Source of the DNA: Chrysomallon squamiferum
Taxonomy: Eukaryota > Animalia > Mollusca
DNA: 64,000 bases
Assembly (NCBI GenBank): GCA_012295275.1
Contig: CM022676.1
Coordinates: forward strand, 2,976,001-3,040,000
Direction: 5' to 3'
Shown here: one piece after another, positions 41,645 through 54,556 of the stretch
Numbering within the stretch: the stretch's first letter is position 1
How the letters are laid out: each line of letters starts with the position of its first letter
Notes under the pieces: generated by a model
What the model was told of the DNA's origin: nothing
What the model saw: the letters and a program-made list of their open reading frames with translations, nothing else
The model's database searches: none
Program-made: the position numbers and the translations under genes

Positions 41645-43971
41645 CTCTCTGTCTGTATATATATAAACAAAGCAGAGAAAAAATGGTATCGATTAGAGTT
41701 AGGTCCCTTACGTGAGATGTATTCACGAAGCGAAGTAAAAATTATGTCGATTAGACTTATCTCCCTTTAGTGATATGTGTTCAGAAACATATATTAGAGT
41801 GAGGTCCAATAGGTGAGATGTACTCACTAAGCCTTCGACCGGTTTAAACTTTCAAAGTCGTTTATAATTTGTTTACTTATTTATTTCTTAGATATCCTGT
41901 CTAGTTTGCTTATTGCTGTTATAATTAAAAAATCAGTAAATAAAATAATTTTTTGTGTCATTTGATAGAATCGTTTTTATAATATCAGTATTTATTATTT
42001 CATTTTGTATTTATTAATATTCTGAAATTTATTTGTTTTTAAATTTTCTGGCAATTTTTAATTAATTGAATTTTGTTTCTTTTACAATTTTATATGCATT
42101 CAGTACCAGAGGTTTTTATATGTGTAAGTGTGTGTGTGTGTGTATGTGTGTGTGTCTGTCTGTCTGTCTCTATATATATATATAAACTAAGCAAAGAAAA
42201 AATAATATCGATTAGAGTGAGGTCCCTTGGGTGAGATGTACTCACTAATTCTTCGATCATTTTAAAGTTTTAAAGTGGTTCTTTATTGTTTTCCGTTTTA
42301 TTTATTTACTTATTTATATCCTGTCTATCCTGTCTTTGCTTATTGTTGTTATAATTAAAAAATCAGTAAATAAAATAATTTTTTGTGTCATTTGATAGAA
42401 TCGTTTTTTATAATATCAGTATTTATTATTTCATTTTGTATTTATTAATATTCTGAAATTTATTTGTTTTTAAATTTTCTGGCAATTTTAAATCGATTGA
42501 ATTTTGTTTCTTTTACAATTTTATAATCATTCAGTACCAGAGGTTTTTATCTGTGTGTGTGTGTGTGTGTGTGTGTCTCTCTGTCTGTATATATATATAT
42601 AAACAAAGCAGAGAAAAAATGGTATCGATTAGAGTTAGGTCCCTTACGTGAGATGTATTCACGAAGCGAAGTAAAAATTATGTCGATTAGACTTATCTCC
42701 CTTTAGTGATATGTGTTCAGAAACATATATTAGAGTGAGGTCCAATAGGTGAGATGTACTCACTAAGCCTTCGACCGGTTTAAACTTTCAAAGTCGTTTA
42801 TAATTTGTTTACTTATTTATTTCTTATATATCCTGTCTAGTTTGCTTATTGCTGTTATAATTAAAAAATCAGTAAATAAAATAATTTTTTGTGTCATTTG
42901 ATAGAATCGTTTTTATAATATCAGTATTTATTATTTCATTTTGTATTTATTAATATTCTGAAATTTATTTGTTTTTAAATTTTCTGGCAATTTTTAATTA
43001 ATTGAATTTTGTTTTTTTACAATTGTATATGCATTCAGTACCAAAGGTTTTTCTATGTGTAAGTGTGTGTGTGTGTGTGTGTGTCTGTCTGTCTGTCTGT
43101 CTGTATATATATATATATAAACTAAGCTAAGAAAAAATAATATCGATTAGAGTGAGGTCCCTTGGGTGAGATGTACTCACTAATTCTTCGATCATTTTAA
43201 AGTTTTAAAGTGGTTCTTTATTGTTTCCTTATTTATTTACTCTATCCTGTCTACTTTGCTTATTGTTGTTATAATTAAAAAATCAGTAAATAAAATAATT
43301 TTTTGTGTCATTTGATAGAATCGTTTTTATAATATCAGTATTTATTATTTCATTTTGTATTTATTAATATTCTGAAATTTATTTGTTTTTAAATTTTCTG
43401 GCAATTTTAAATCGATTGAATTTTGTTTCTTTTACAATTTTATAATCATTCAGTACCAGAGGTTTTTATCTGTGTGTGTGTGTGTTTGTCGGTGTGTCTC
43501 TCTGTCTGTATATATATAAACAAAGCAGAGAAAAAATGATATCGATTAGAGTTAGGTCCCTTACGTGAGATGTATTCACTAAGCGAAGTAAAAATTATGT
43601 TGATTAGACTTATCTCCCTTTAGTGATATGTGTTCAGAAACATATATTATAGTGAGGTCCAATAGGTGAGATGTACTCACTAAGCCTTCGACCAGTTTAA
43701 ACTTTCAAAGTCGTTTATGATTTGTTTACTTACTTATTTCCTATATATCCTGTCTACTTTGCTTATTGCTGTTATAATTAAAAAATCAGTAAATAAAATA
43801 TTTTTTTGTGTCATTTGATGGAATCGTTTTTATAATATCAGTATTTATTATTTCATTTTGTATTTATTAGTATTCTGAAATTTATTTGTTTTTAAATTTT
43901 CTGGCAATTTTAAATCGATTGAATTTTGTTTCTTTTACAATTTTATAATCATTCAGTACCAGAGGTTTTTA

Positions 43972-44003
<32 letters not shown>

Positions 44004-47000
44004 CTCTCTGTCTGTATATATATAAACAAAGCAGAGAAAAAATGGTATCGATTAGAGTTAGGTCCCTTACGTGAGATGTATTCACGAAGCGAAGTAAAAA
44101 TTATGTCGATTAGACTTATCTCCCTTTAGTGATATGTGTTCAGAAACATATATTAGAGTGAGGTCCAATAGGTGAGATGTACTCACTAAGCCTTCGACCG
44201 GTTTAAACTTTCAAAGTCGTTTATGATTTGTTTACTTACTTATTTCCTATATATCCTGTCTACTTTGCTTATTGCTGTTATAATTAAAAAATCAGTAAAT
44301 AAAATAATTTTTTGTGTCATTTGATAGAATCGTTTTTATAATATCAGTATTTATTATTTCATTTTGTATTTATTAATATTCTGAAATTTATTTGTTTTTA
44401 AATTTTCTGGCAATTTTTAATTAATTGAATTTTGTTTCTTTTACAATTTTATATGCATTCAGTACCAGAGGTTTTTCTAGGTGTAAGTGTATGTGTGTGT
44501 GTGTCTGTCTGTCTGTCTGTCTGTCTATATATATATATATAAACTAAGCTAAGAAAAAATAATATCGATTAGAGTGAGGTCCCTTGGGTGAGATGTACTC
44601 ACTAATTCTTCGATCATTTTAAAGTTTTAAAGTGGTTCTTTATTGTTTCCTTATTTATTTACTCTATCCTGTCTACTTTGCTTATTGTTGTTATAATTAA
44701 AAAATCAGTAAATAAAATAATTTTTTGTGTCATTTGATAGAATCGTTTTTATAATATCAGTATTTATTATTTCATTTTGTATTTATTAATATTCTGAAAT
44801 TTATTTGTTTTTAAATTTTCTGGCAATTTTAAATCGATTGAATTTTGTTTCTTTTACAATTTTATAATCATTCAGTACCAGAGGTTTTTATCTGTGTGTG
44901 TGTGTGTGTTTGTCGGTGTGTCTCTCTGTCTGTATATATATAAACAAAGCAGAGAAAAAATGATATCGATTAGAGTTAGGTCCCTTACGTGAGATGTATT
45001 CACTAAGCGAAGTAAAAATTATGTTGATTAGACTTATCTCCCTTTAGTGATATGTGTTCAGAAACATATATTATAGTGAGGTCCAATAGGTGAGATGTAC
45101 TCACTAAGCCTTCGACTAAGCTAAAAAATGTTGATTAGACTTAATATGTGTTCAGAAACATATATTATAGTGAGGTCCAATTTACTTTCGACCAGTTTAA
45201 ACTTTCAAAGTCGTTTATGATTTGTTTACTTACTTATTTCCTATATATCCTGTCTACTTTGCTTATTGCTGTTATAATTAAAAAATCAGTAAATAAAATA
45301 ATTTTTTGTGTCATTTGATGGAATCGTTTTTATAATATCAGTATTTATTATTTCATTTTGTATTTATTAGTATTCTGAAATTTATTTGTTTTTAAATTTT
45401 CTGGCAATTTTAAATCGATTGAATTTTGTTTCTTTTACAATTTTATAATCATTCAGTACCAGAGGTTTTTATCTGTGTGTGTGTGTGTGTGTGTGTGTGT
45501 CGGTGTGTCTCTCTGTCTGTATATATATAAACAAAGCAGAGAAAAAATGGTATCGATTAGAGTTAGGTCCCTTACGTGAGATGTATTCACGAAGCGAAGT
45601 AAAAATTATGTCGATTAGACTTATCTCCCTTTAGTGATATGTGTTCAGAAACATATATTAGAGTGAGGTCCAATAGGTGAGATGTACTCACTAAGCCTTC
45701 GACCGGTTTAAACTTTCAAAGTCGTTTATAATTTGTTTACTTATTTATTTCTTAGATATCCTGTCTAGTTTGCTTATTGCTGTTATAATTAAAAAATCAG
45801 TAAATAAAATAATTTTTTGTGTCATTTGATAGAATCGTTTTTATAATATCAGTATTTATTATTTCATTTTGTATTTATTAATATTCTGAAATTTATTTGT
45901 TTTTAAATTTTCTGGCAATTTTTAATTAATTGAATTTTGTTTCTTTTACAATTTTATATGCATTCAGTACCAGAGGTTTTTCTAGGTGTAAGTGTGTGTG
46001 TGTGTGTGTGTGTCTGTCTGTCTGTCTGTCTGTATATATATATATATATAAACTAAGCTAAGAAAAAATAATATCGATTAGAGTGAGGTCCCTTGGGTGA
46101 GATGTACTCACTAATTCTTCGATCATTTTAAAGTTTTAAAGTGGTTCTTTATTGTTTCCTTATTTATTTACTCTATCCTGTCTACTTTGCTTATTGTTGT
46201 TATAATTAAAAAATCAGTAAATAAAATAATTTTTTGTGTCATTTGATAGAATCGTTTTTATAATATCAGTATTTATTATTTCATTTTGTATTTATTAATA
46301 TTCTGAAATTTATTTGTTTTTAAATTTTCTGGCAATTTTAAATCGATTGAATTTTGTTTCTTTTACAATTTTATAATCATTCAGTACCAGAGGTTTTTAT
46401 CTGTGTGTGTGTGTTTGTCGGTGTGTCTCTCTGTCTGTATATATATAAACAAAGCAGAGAAAAAATGATATCGATTAGAGTTAGGTCCCTTACGTGAGAT
46501 GTATTCACTAAGCGAAGTAAAAATTATGTTGATTAGACTTATCTCCCTTTAGTGATATGTGTTCAGAAACATATATTATAGTGAGGTCCAATAGGTGAGA
46601 TGTACTCACTAAGCCTTCGACCAGTTTAAACTTTCAAAGTCGTTTATGATTTGTTTACTTACTTATTTCCTATATATCCTGTCTACTTTGCTTATTGTTG
46701 TTATAATTAAAAAATCAGTAAATAAAATAATTTTTTGTGTCATTTGATTGAATCGTTTTTATAATATCAGTATTTATTATTTCATTTTGTATTTATTAAT
46801 ATTCTGAAATTTATTTGTTTTTAAATTTTCTGGCAATTTTTAATTAATTGAATTTTGTTTCTTTTACAATTTTATAATCATTCAGTACCAGAGGTTTTTA
46901 TCTGTGTGTGTGTGTGTGTGTGTGTGTGTCTGTCTGTCTGTCTGTATATATATAAACAAAGCAAAGAAAAAATCATATCGATTAGAGTTAGGTCCCTTAC

Positions 47001-48440
47001 GTGAGATGTATTCACTAAGCGAAGTAAAAATTATGTCGATTAGACTTATCTCCCTTTAGTGATATGTGTTCAGAAACATATATTAGAGTGAGGTCCAATA
47101 GGTGAGATGTACTCACTAAGCCTTCGACCGGTTTAAACTTTCAAAGTCGTTTATGATTTGTTTACTTACTTATTTCCTATATATCCTGTCTACTTTGCTT
47201 ATTGCTGTTATAATTAAAAAATCAGTAAATAAAATACTTTTTTTGTGTCATTTGATGGTATCGTTCTTATAATATCAGTATTTATTATTTCATTTTGTAT
47301 TTATGAATATTCTGAAATTTATTTGTTTTTAAATTTTCTGGCAATTTTTAATTAATTGAATTTTGCTTCTTTTACAATTTTACTATCATTCAGTGCCAGA
47401 GGATTTTCTCTGTGTAACTGTGTGTGTGTGTGTGTCTGTCTGTCTGTCTGTATATATATAAACAAAGCAAAGAAAAAATCATATCGATCAGAGTTAGGTC
47501 CCTTACGTGAGATGTACTCACTAAGCGAAGTAAAAATTATGTCGATTTGACTTTTCTCCCTTTTGTTATATGTGTTCACTAACATATATTAGAGTGAGGT
47601 CTCTTAGGTGAGATGTACTCACTAAGTCTTCGATCATTTTAAAGTTTTAAAGTGGTTCTTTATTGTTTCCTTATTTATTTACTCTATCTTGTCTAGTTTG
47701 CTTATTTTGCTTAAAAATCAGTATTTATTATTTTACTTTTGTTGTATTTTTTTAATGTTCTGAAACTTATTTCTTTTAAAATCTTCTTGCAATTTTTAAT
47801 TGTCTGTCTGTAAATGTATATATTTACTAAGCAAAGGCAAAATCATATGGATTAGAGTTAGGTCCCTTACGTGAGATGTACTCACTAAACAATGTAAAAA
47901 TTATGTCGATTAGACTTATCTCCCTTTAGTGATATGTGTTCACAAACATATATTAGACTTAGGTCACTTTGGTGAGATGTTCTCACTAAATCTTCGATCA
48001 TTTTAGACTTTTAAAGTGGTTCTTTATTGTTTGCTTACTTATTTATTCTATCCTGTCTACTTTGCTTATTGTTGTTATAATTAAAAAATCACTAAATAAA
48101 ATATTTTATTGTCTTGTTTGATAAAATCGTTTTTTTAATATCAGTATTTATTATTTCTTTTTGTATTTATTAATATTCTGAAATTTATTTGTGCTTGAAT
48201 TTTCTGGCAATTTTTAATTAATTGACTTTTGTTTCTTTTACAATTGTATATGCATTCAGTACCAGAGGTTTTTCTCTGTGTTTTTGTTTGTGTGTTTGTG
48301 TGTGTGTGTGTGTGTGTATGTGTGTGTGTGTGTGTTTGTTTTTGTGTGTTTGTCTTCTAATATATATACTAAGTAGAGAAAAAATGATATCGATCAGACT
48401 TATCTCGTTTTAGTGATATGTGTTCAGAAACAGATTACAG
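31258..48440. repeat. Satellite array of about 37 monomers, with subunits A (~411 bp) and B (~505 bp) in higher-order arrangement
   Basis: Monomer start catttgatagaatcg at 31258, 31669, 32174, 32589, ... Each monomer contains a (TG)n(TCTG)n(TA)n-type compound microsatellite. The last three monomers (47249-48440) are diverged. Confidence 0.97.
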
Positions 48441-48683
48441 TTAGGTCCGCCTGGTTTTCACGGTTCGAATTACTTAGATATATTTTCACAAAAAAAGACA
48501 AGTCACAGACACTAGAGAGTGAGAGAGATAGAGAGAGAGAAAGAGAGAGAGATAGAGAGAGAGATGGAGGAGCGACAGACAGACAAATAGCCAGAGAGAT
48601 ATGCCAAAACAGAATCTGTATTTGGGTGTGTTTGTGTTTCTACCTGTCCAAATATCAGAAATATATCAGTTACAATTTGACAG

Positions 48684-48754
48684 GACCCAAGGGTGACACA
48701 GGTACGAAAGGGTCAAGTGGTCAGAAAGGAGATCAAGGAAAACAAGGAATAAAA
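48684..48754 (+). pseudogene. Collagen-like exon, 8 triplets (shorter homologue of 2002-2126)
   Basis: tttgacag|GA CCC AAG...: GPK GDT GTK GSS GQK GDQ GKQ GIK|gtatt, followed by the same intron sequence as in the left-hand copies. Confidence 0.8.
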
Positions 48755-50652
48755 GTATTATTAATATTGTTGTTGTTGTTACTGTTGTTGTTGTTGTTGT
48801 CATTATATTATTTGGCGTTATATATACATTTATTATTTTTCCAGATATAATGAGATAAACCGTAATAGTAGAAGTAATAGTAGCAGCAGTAGTAGCAGGT
48901 GCATGTGGTAGTAGTAGTAGTAGTAGTGTAGGTAGTAGTAGTTTTGTTTTTATTACTACCATCACCATCACCAACGCCAATACAACTACTGCTACTACTA
49001 CTTCTACTACTGTTACTACTTCTTGTACAACTATTACTACTTTTACTTGAACTGTGACTCCTGCTACCATTACTACTACAACTATTATTATTACAACAAC
49101 AATAACAACTACTACCACTACAGTTCAGATACTACTGCGTACTTCAAAGACACTAATTCACTAACATACAAACAACTCCCTCTGAAGAATACAACTTAAC
49201 ATCTATATCAATGGTTAATACGTACATGCTAACGTATAATACGTATTATTAACACAAAAAGTTTTATCTGACACCAAAATACTATTTTAAAAATTTAACA
49301 GTAATGTATTTACCAAAACAGTGAAATTATATAAAAAAAAATAATAATAAATAAATCTAAATTCGCACAACAATTTAAGAAATACAGTTATATATAATTT
49401 TTCAAAATAAAAAGGTAATTGTATTATTATTGATTAATATTTTTCATTCACGCTATAAATATAACTTTAAAAAATACATGAATTATTACTTATTAAATAT
49501 ATATATAAACTATAGTATAGTGCAGTATAGTACAGTATGTACAGTATAGGACAGTGTAGTATAGTATAATATAGTACAGTAGAGTTTAGTATAATACTGT
49601 GTAGTACAGTATAGTATAGTACGGTGCAGCACAGTAGAGAATAGCATAGTGTAGAATAGTATAGTGTGTTTAAAACAGAATTGTGTTGTGTGGCATACTG
49701 TGGTATAGTATGGCATATTATAGTGTAGTTTAGTACAGTATAGTGTAGAATAGTATACTGAAGTGTTGTGTAGTAGAGTATAGCATGGAAATGTGCAGTA
49801 CAGTAAAGCAGTGTGGTGTAGTAGAATACAATATAGTATACTATAGTGTAGTGTAGTTTATTGTCACTTAGTATACTACAAAATAGTGTATGATAATGTA
49901 GTATAGAATAGTATAGAATGGAAATGTATAGATCAGAATAGTATAGTGTAGCACAATATAGTATAGCATAAAACAGTATAGTATAGCATAGTATAGCATA
50001 GCATAGCATAGTACTAAGTATATTATATTAAAGTATAGTATGGCATGGAATAGTATATTATAGCCTAGTATAGTACAGTATAGTAAAGCATAGTACAGAA
50101 TAATGTAAATATATTAAATACATATTTTTATAATAAATGATTCGTATGGTTTTGAACTGCAGACTATCAATAAAAAAAAGAAAATCTACTACAATTCATA
50201 GACATGAAAATGGTATAGAACATGATTAAAACACACAGATGAAACGTTACTATGATAAATGTTTCCAAAGTAACGAAAGAACATTCCTAAATTATGATAA
50301 TAAATTTAGTAATAATACTATTGTCTAATACAATAGTTCAAAATTATTATTCCGAAACGAAAGTGAAATTCCTCGTCTGTAAGTAATCCATTTGTCTTTG
50401 AAAATTCCACATTGTTTGTATATTATTGTTTTCAACTTTTCTTCTATTTCTATTTTAATTTATTTTTTAAGTTTGTGTGATTTTGTTTTCTTCTTCAGAG
50501 ATAGCTGCTGAGTTTGTGTATGTGTGTATGAGCAGTTATGAGTGCACGTGTATGTGTGTGTAGAGAATACTGCTATTAATAATAATATGGTTTAAGTCTA
50601 TATTTATAATAACATGGAATAACATGTTTAATAAAAATAATGTAAATCAAAT

Positions 50653-51880
50653 TCACACAAGGAATTTTAATCGCGATACAAAATTTGTTTCAATGCCAGC
50701 AGTATGAGAACATTGTTTGCTATCTGACAACGTACACTTCAGAAAGCCTTCACGTATCTCACCTTGTCTGTTCACTGTCGTACATCTAACTCTTCCTTGA
50801 GTTTGAACAGTCAGGCTATAGTGTGTGTCTTTCTTTATGTCTAAAGGACTTGGAAAGTCAATTTCAAAAAGAAACTCGCGGATTTTTGTTTCTACTGAAG
50901 AACCCGGCGCTATCACATCTGTCGAAACTTCACAAACACTGGCTTTGATTGAAATTGATTTTTCACTTTCTGATAGAGCATCTGAAAAAAACAGAGCAAT
51001 TGGTGTGTTGTTTCCTTATTGGTACATCATCTGGATAACCAGAGAATATGTATTGTTGATTACATTCTGCTACTGCATATGGATAAGCAGAGTTTATGTA
51101 TTTTTGATTACTTTCTACTACAGCATATGGATAACCAAAGATTTTGGTTTCTTGTTTACTTATTCTTGGAAAAGTAATAATACTAAAGCCTTTCAAAGAT
51201 GCATTCGTGTTTAAACAAAATGTTATCGTATCGGAGTACCAGGTTAAATCATCATCGACGCCCTGGACATAAATATTTTAAAATCTATCAATTTTGATTA
51301 ACTTCTTCTCTGTACAAAATCTGCGATTTTTCATGAAAAGTGACATATCTATCTCTGGGTAGACATAGGAACACATAATTTTGAATCCTTCAGATTCAGG
51401 CAAAAGATCTGTGGGCAAAATCTTGTCTTCAAAATATTCTCTCTCGACCAGAGGAAAGCGAATGAGGTACAGCTCTTTTCTCAGCATTTCACGTTAGTTT
51501 TCTGCTGTTATTTCTTTTCCCTGTCGTCTGCACTCAGCTTCACTCCATTTCATGCATGACTGAAAAACTGTCTCCTCAGTGGCGTTCAGATCATCAGGTT
51601 CAATTTTCTTTCTAAAACATTCACGACAGAGATCTGTGAAACTCTTTGAATTCAGTACAGCTTTGCCGTTTTCCCAAATGTATTTTAGAGATGTTTTCAT
51701 GAAGTCATCTTGTTTGTAAGTGTGTGTTTTTTCCAATAGGAAGCATACGTTTTTTGTCCTTATTTTCTTTTGAAGATAGTTAAGACATCTCTTTTCTAGA
51801 TTCTTGACGTCATACTTCCTGGCAAGGTACAATAACCCGATGACGTTGTCGTCTTTAAAGTCGGTTTCATGAGTAATAAG
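50653..51880 (-). pseudogene. BTB-BACK-PHR-like pseudogene (exon 2 only)
   Basis: Collinear with exon 2 of the intact copies. Nonsense codons at 51494-51496 (Q->*) and 51278-51280 (E->*), a frameshift near 51000, and exon 1 and promoter absent. Confidence 0.9.
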
Positions 51881-53280
51881 TAAAATCAGTAATAAGAAAA
51901 ATCTTTGTTTCTAACGAAAAGAAAAACTTACCTTCTATAAACGTCACCTTCAGCAGTGTGTCCTGTATGTAAATTACTTCCTAGTAAACATCTGACTTTT
52001 TCCAGGAAAACAAAACAATAAATACTAGTTTCAATTTCAAATTAACTCTTTTTGAAATAAAGATAAGCAGTAGTCATCATCTTAATTTATTCTTAATTTT
52101 ATTTTATGAAAACTAAATTAAAAAATCACTTTGTGATTGAGATAATTATTAAGGTAATTAAGAATTTTTACTTTTAAAAGTTATCCATTCGAACTTTGAC
52201 CTGCTTTTTGTGATCTAGGTGTTTCAGGAAAGATAACTCTTATACAAACATTGATCATTAAAGTATTAAGAAACCTTCGACATATTTTTCTTGGTATTGA
52301 AATTAAATATTTATGTCCAGAATAATTCTCACATCCGCCATGTTTTAACCGACAGTTTATTTAGACGTGGGCTTATATATAGAATTTTCTTTTAGTTAAA
52401 TTTGATAATAATTGTTAACGAGGTCACTGTACTACTTGACAAACTCGATCTCATACATTATTTACTCAAGTGGCGGATTATGGGGTATTTCCCAGTTGCT
52501 AATAATAGAAATAAAATAAACAAATAAAACTGATATCTGTCTATATTTGAAGCTCTGAATGATATTTTAGCTGAACTAGATGTCAGCTTCACAGTTTGGT
52601 TTGCTGACGCAGTGGATATGGCGACAAGCAATAGCGAAGAGACAACAATGCTGAAAACTGTGAACAGACAAATACTGAAATAACCAAGACTCCATTGTAT
52701 TTGTTTTAAACTGACTGTTAAGTTTAGAAATATTTCTACAGAAAAACGCAGTAATCGGAACAATCTTAGTTTATAACACAAATGAAAAACTTACCTTCTA
52801 GAAACGTCCATGACAGCAGTGTGTCCTCTGTGTAAATTACTTCCCAGTAAACATCTGACAATTCCCAGGAAAACAAAACAATAGATACTAATTTCAATTT
52901 TAAATTTACTCTTTTAGAAATAATGGGAGTAATAGTTATCTTCTTAAAATATTCTAAAATTTTATTTTATGAAAACTAAATTAAAAATCACTATATAATT
53001 TGAGATAATTAATGTAGCTGAGTATTTTTATTTTTCAAAAGTTATCCACTTGAATTTTGACCTGCTTTTATGATCTAGGCGTCAGATTCAGAATCGGACT
53101 TTCCCGAACTTTGACCTAGGTTTTAGGAGATGTTTCAGGGAAGATAACTCTTATACGAACATTGATCATTAAAGTATTAAGAAACCTTCGACAAAATTAG
53201 TTTTCTTTCTAATGAAATTAAATATTTATATCCAGAATAATCCTCAGATCTGCCATGTTATAGCTAACAGTTTATTCAGA
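51880..53280 (-). repeat. Repeat-family units in inverted orientation (upstream region of the pseudogene)
   Basis: Reverse complement matches 19380-19920 and 25330-26500. Confidence 0.85.
52533..52683 (+). mobile_element. hAT-type transposase fragment (longest copy)
   Basis: YLSIFEALNDILAELDVSFTVWFADAVDMATSNSEETTMLKTVNRQILK*. Confidence 0.5.
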
Positions 53281-53397
53281 TGATTTTTTATTTTATTTTA
53301 TTTTATATTATTATTATTTTTTGTATTCCCTTATATTTTTGTTTGTTTTCTTTTGGTGGGGATGCGGGCTTTTGTTGGATTTTTTTTTTTTTTTCCT

Positions 53398-53436
<39 letters not shown>

Positions 53437-54028
53437 ACTATTATCATTATTATTCTCATTCTTCTTCTTCTTCTTCTTATTATTATTATTATTATTAAAC
53501 AGACACTCACACATGCATATACACTGACAAACACATATACACGTACACTCCTAAACGCATATACACATATAAACATGTGGCTTTGACACAAATATCAGTT
53601 TGAAAAGATTAACTGTCCTTTAATCTTCAAAAGCTGATAAGAAAAAGGAATAAAAATAACTTTATGATTTAGAATGTGCAAATGCGAAAGACAAAATAAA
53701 CTTTGAACAGAGATACATAAAAAGATAACAGAATCTGTTTGTTAGATTTTCTGGATATGGATGTAAGCAAATCCTCAGTATATATCATTAAAATGAATGT
53801 TTTTTTTACCATTTATTTGTTTGTTTGTTTGTTCCTTTATTTATTTATTTATTTATTTAATTTGTTTTACTTAAAAATAATCAGAACGTATATAAAGAAA
53901 ATACTGCGGGAAAGGTGTCAATAAATAGTAAAAACAATGAAAAAGGAAGCTAACTTTAACAAGAACTTTTAAAGTAATTTTCCTAAAATTGTGACTGTGG
54001 TAATAATAATAATAACAATAATAATGAT

Positions 54029-54113
<85 letters not shown>

Positions 54114-54259
54114 TAATATACTAATGATAACTGTGGATGTTTTCTAATATAATTTACATTGAGAACACAATCATTTTACATAAACTTAAAATTCTGGAAT
54201 AATCTTTGAGGGATCCTTGTATATAAGATCAGTGTGCATTAATGTGAATGAAACCTAAC

Positions 54260-54556
54260 CTTGGATATGAAGGGTGATGTTAGATGACACGTGATAATCA
54301 CCACTAGTAGCTGAACAAACCAAATATTTCCCATTATCTTGTATATTATTTTTTTATCTAAACTACTTCTTATTATAATACCAGAGGTTGGAATAGTTTC
54401 TGTGATCGCCAGTGCCGTCTGTTATTTCTGTACCATTTAAAGTCCAGGTGATTACTGATTCTGGATGACAAGGGTTAGTTTGACAGACCATCCGTGTAAG
54501 AATTCCTTCCTTTACTGTGGTTGAGCCAACTGTTATAGAAACCTTTTCTGGAGAAA
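54260..54556 (-). pseudogene. Disabled Ig C2-set-like domain exon (297 bp, phase 1-1)
   Basis: ttttcaag|..SPEKVSITVGSTTVKEGILTRMVCQTNPCHPESVITWTLNGTEI...QDNGKYLVCSATSGDYHVSSNITLHIQ G|gttagg has the C-W-D.G-C Ig signature. Two compensating frameshifts leave in-frame TAG and TAA. Confidence 0.8.

Noticed and set aside
31258-48440. CRISPR-like appearance (conserved repeats with short variable cores) and repeated 66-aa ORFs MFLLQFYNHSVPEVF...
   Set aside because: Eukaryotic context, no unique spacers and no cas genes. The ORFs start at TTG, cross microsatellites and are broken in many monomers.
49467-50009. 180-aa Tyr-rich ORF
   Set aside because: Translation of the degenerate (TATAC)n pentamer tract.
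48680-53280. True genomic inversion of the BTB unit relative to the left-hand array
   Set aside because: Not asserted: the two halves are separated by a scaffold gap and a satellite, so the relative orientation may reflect scaffolding.
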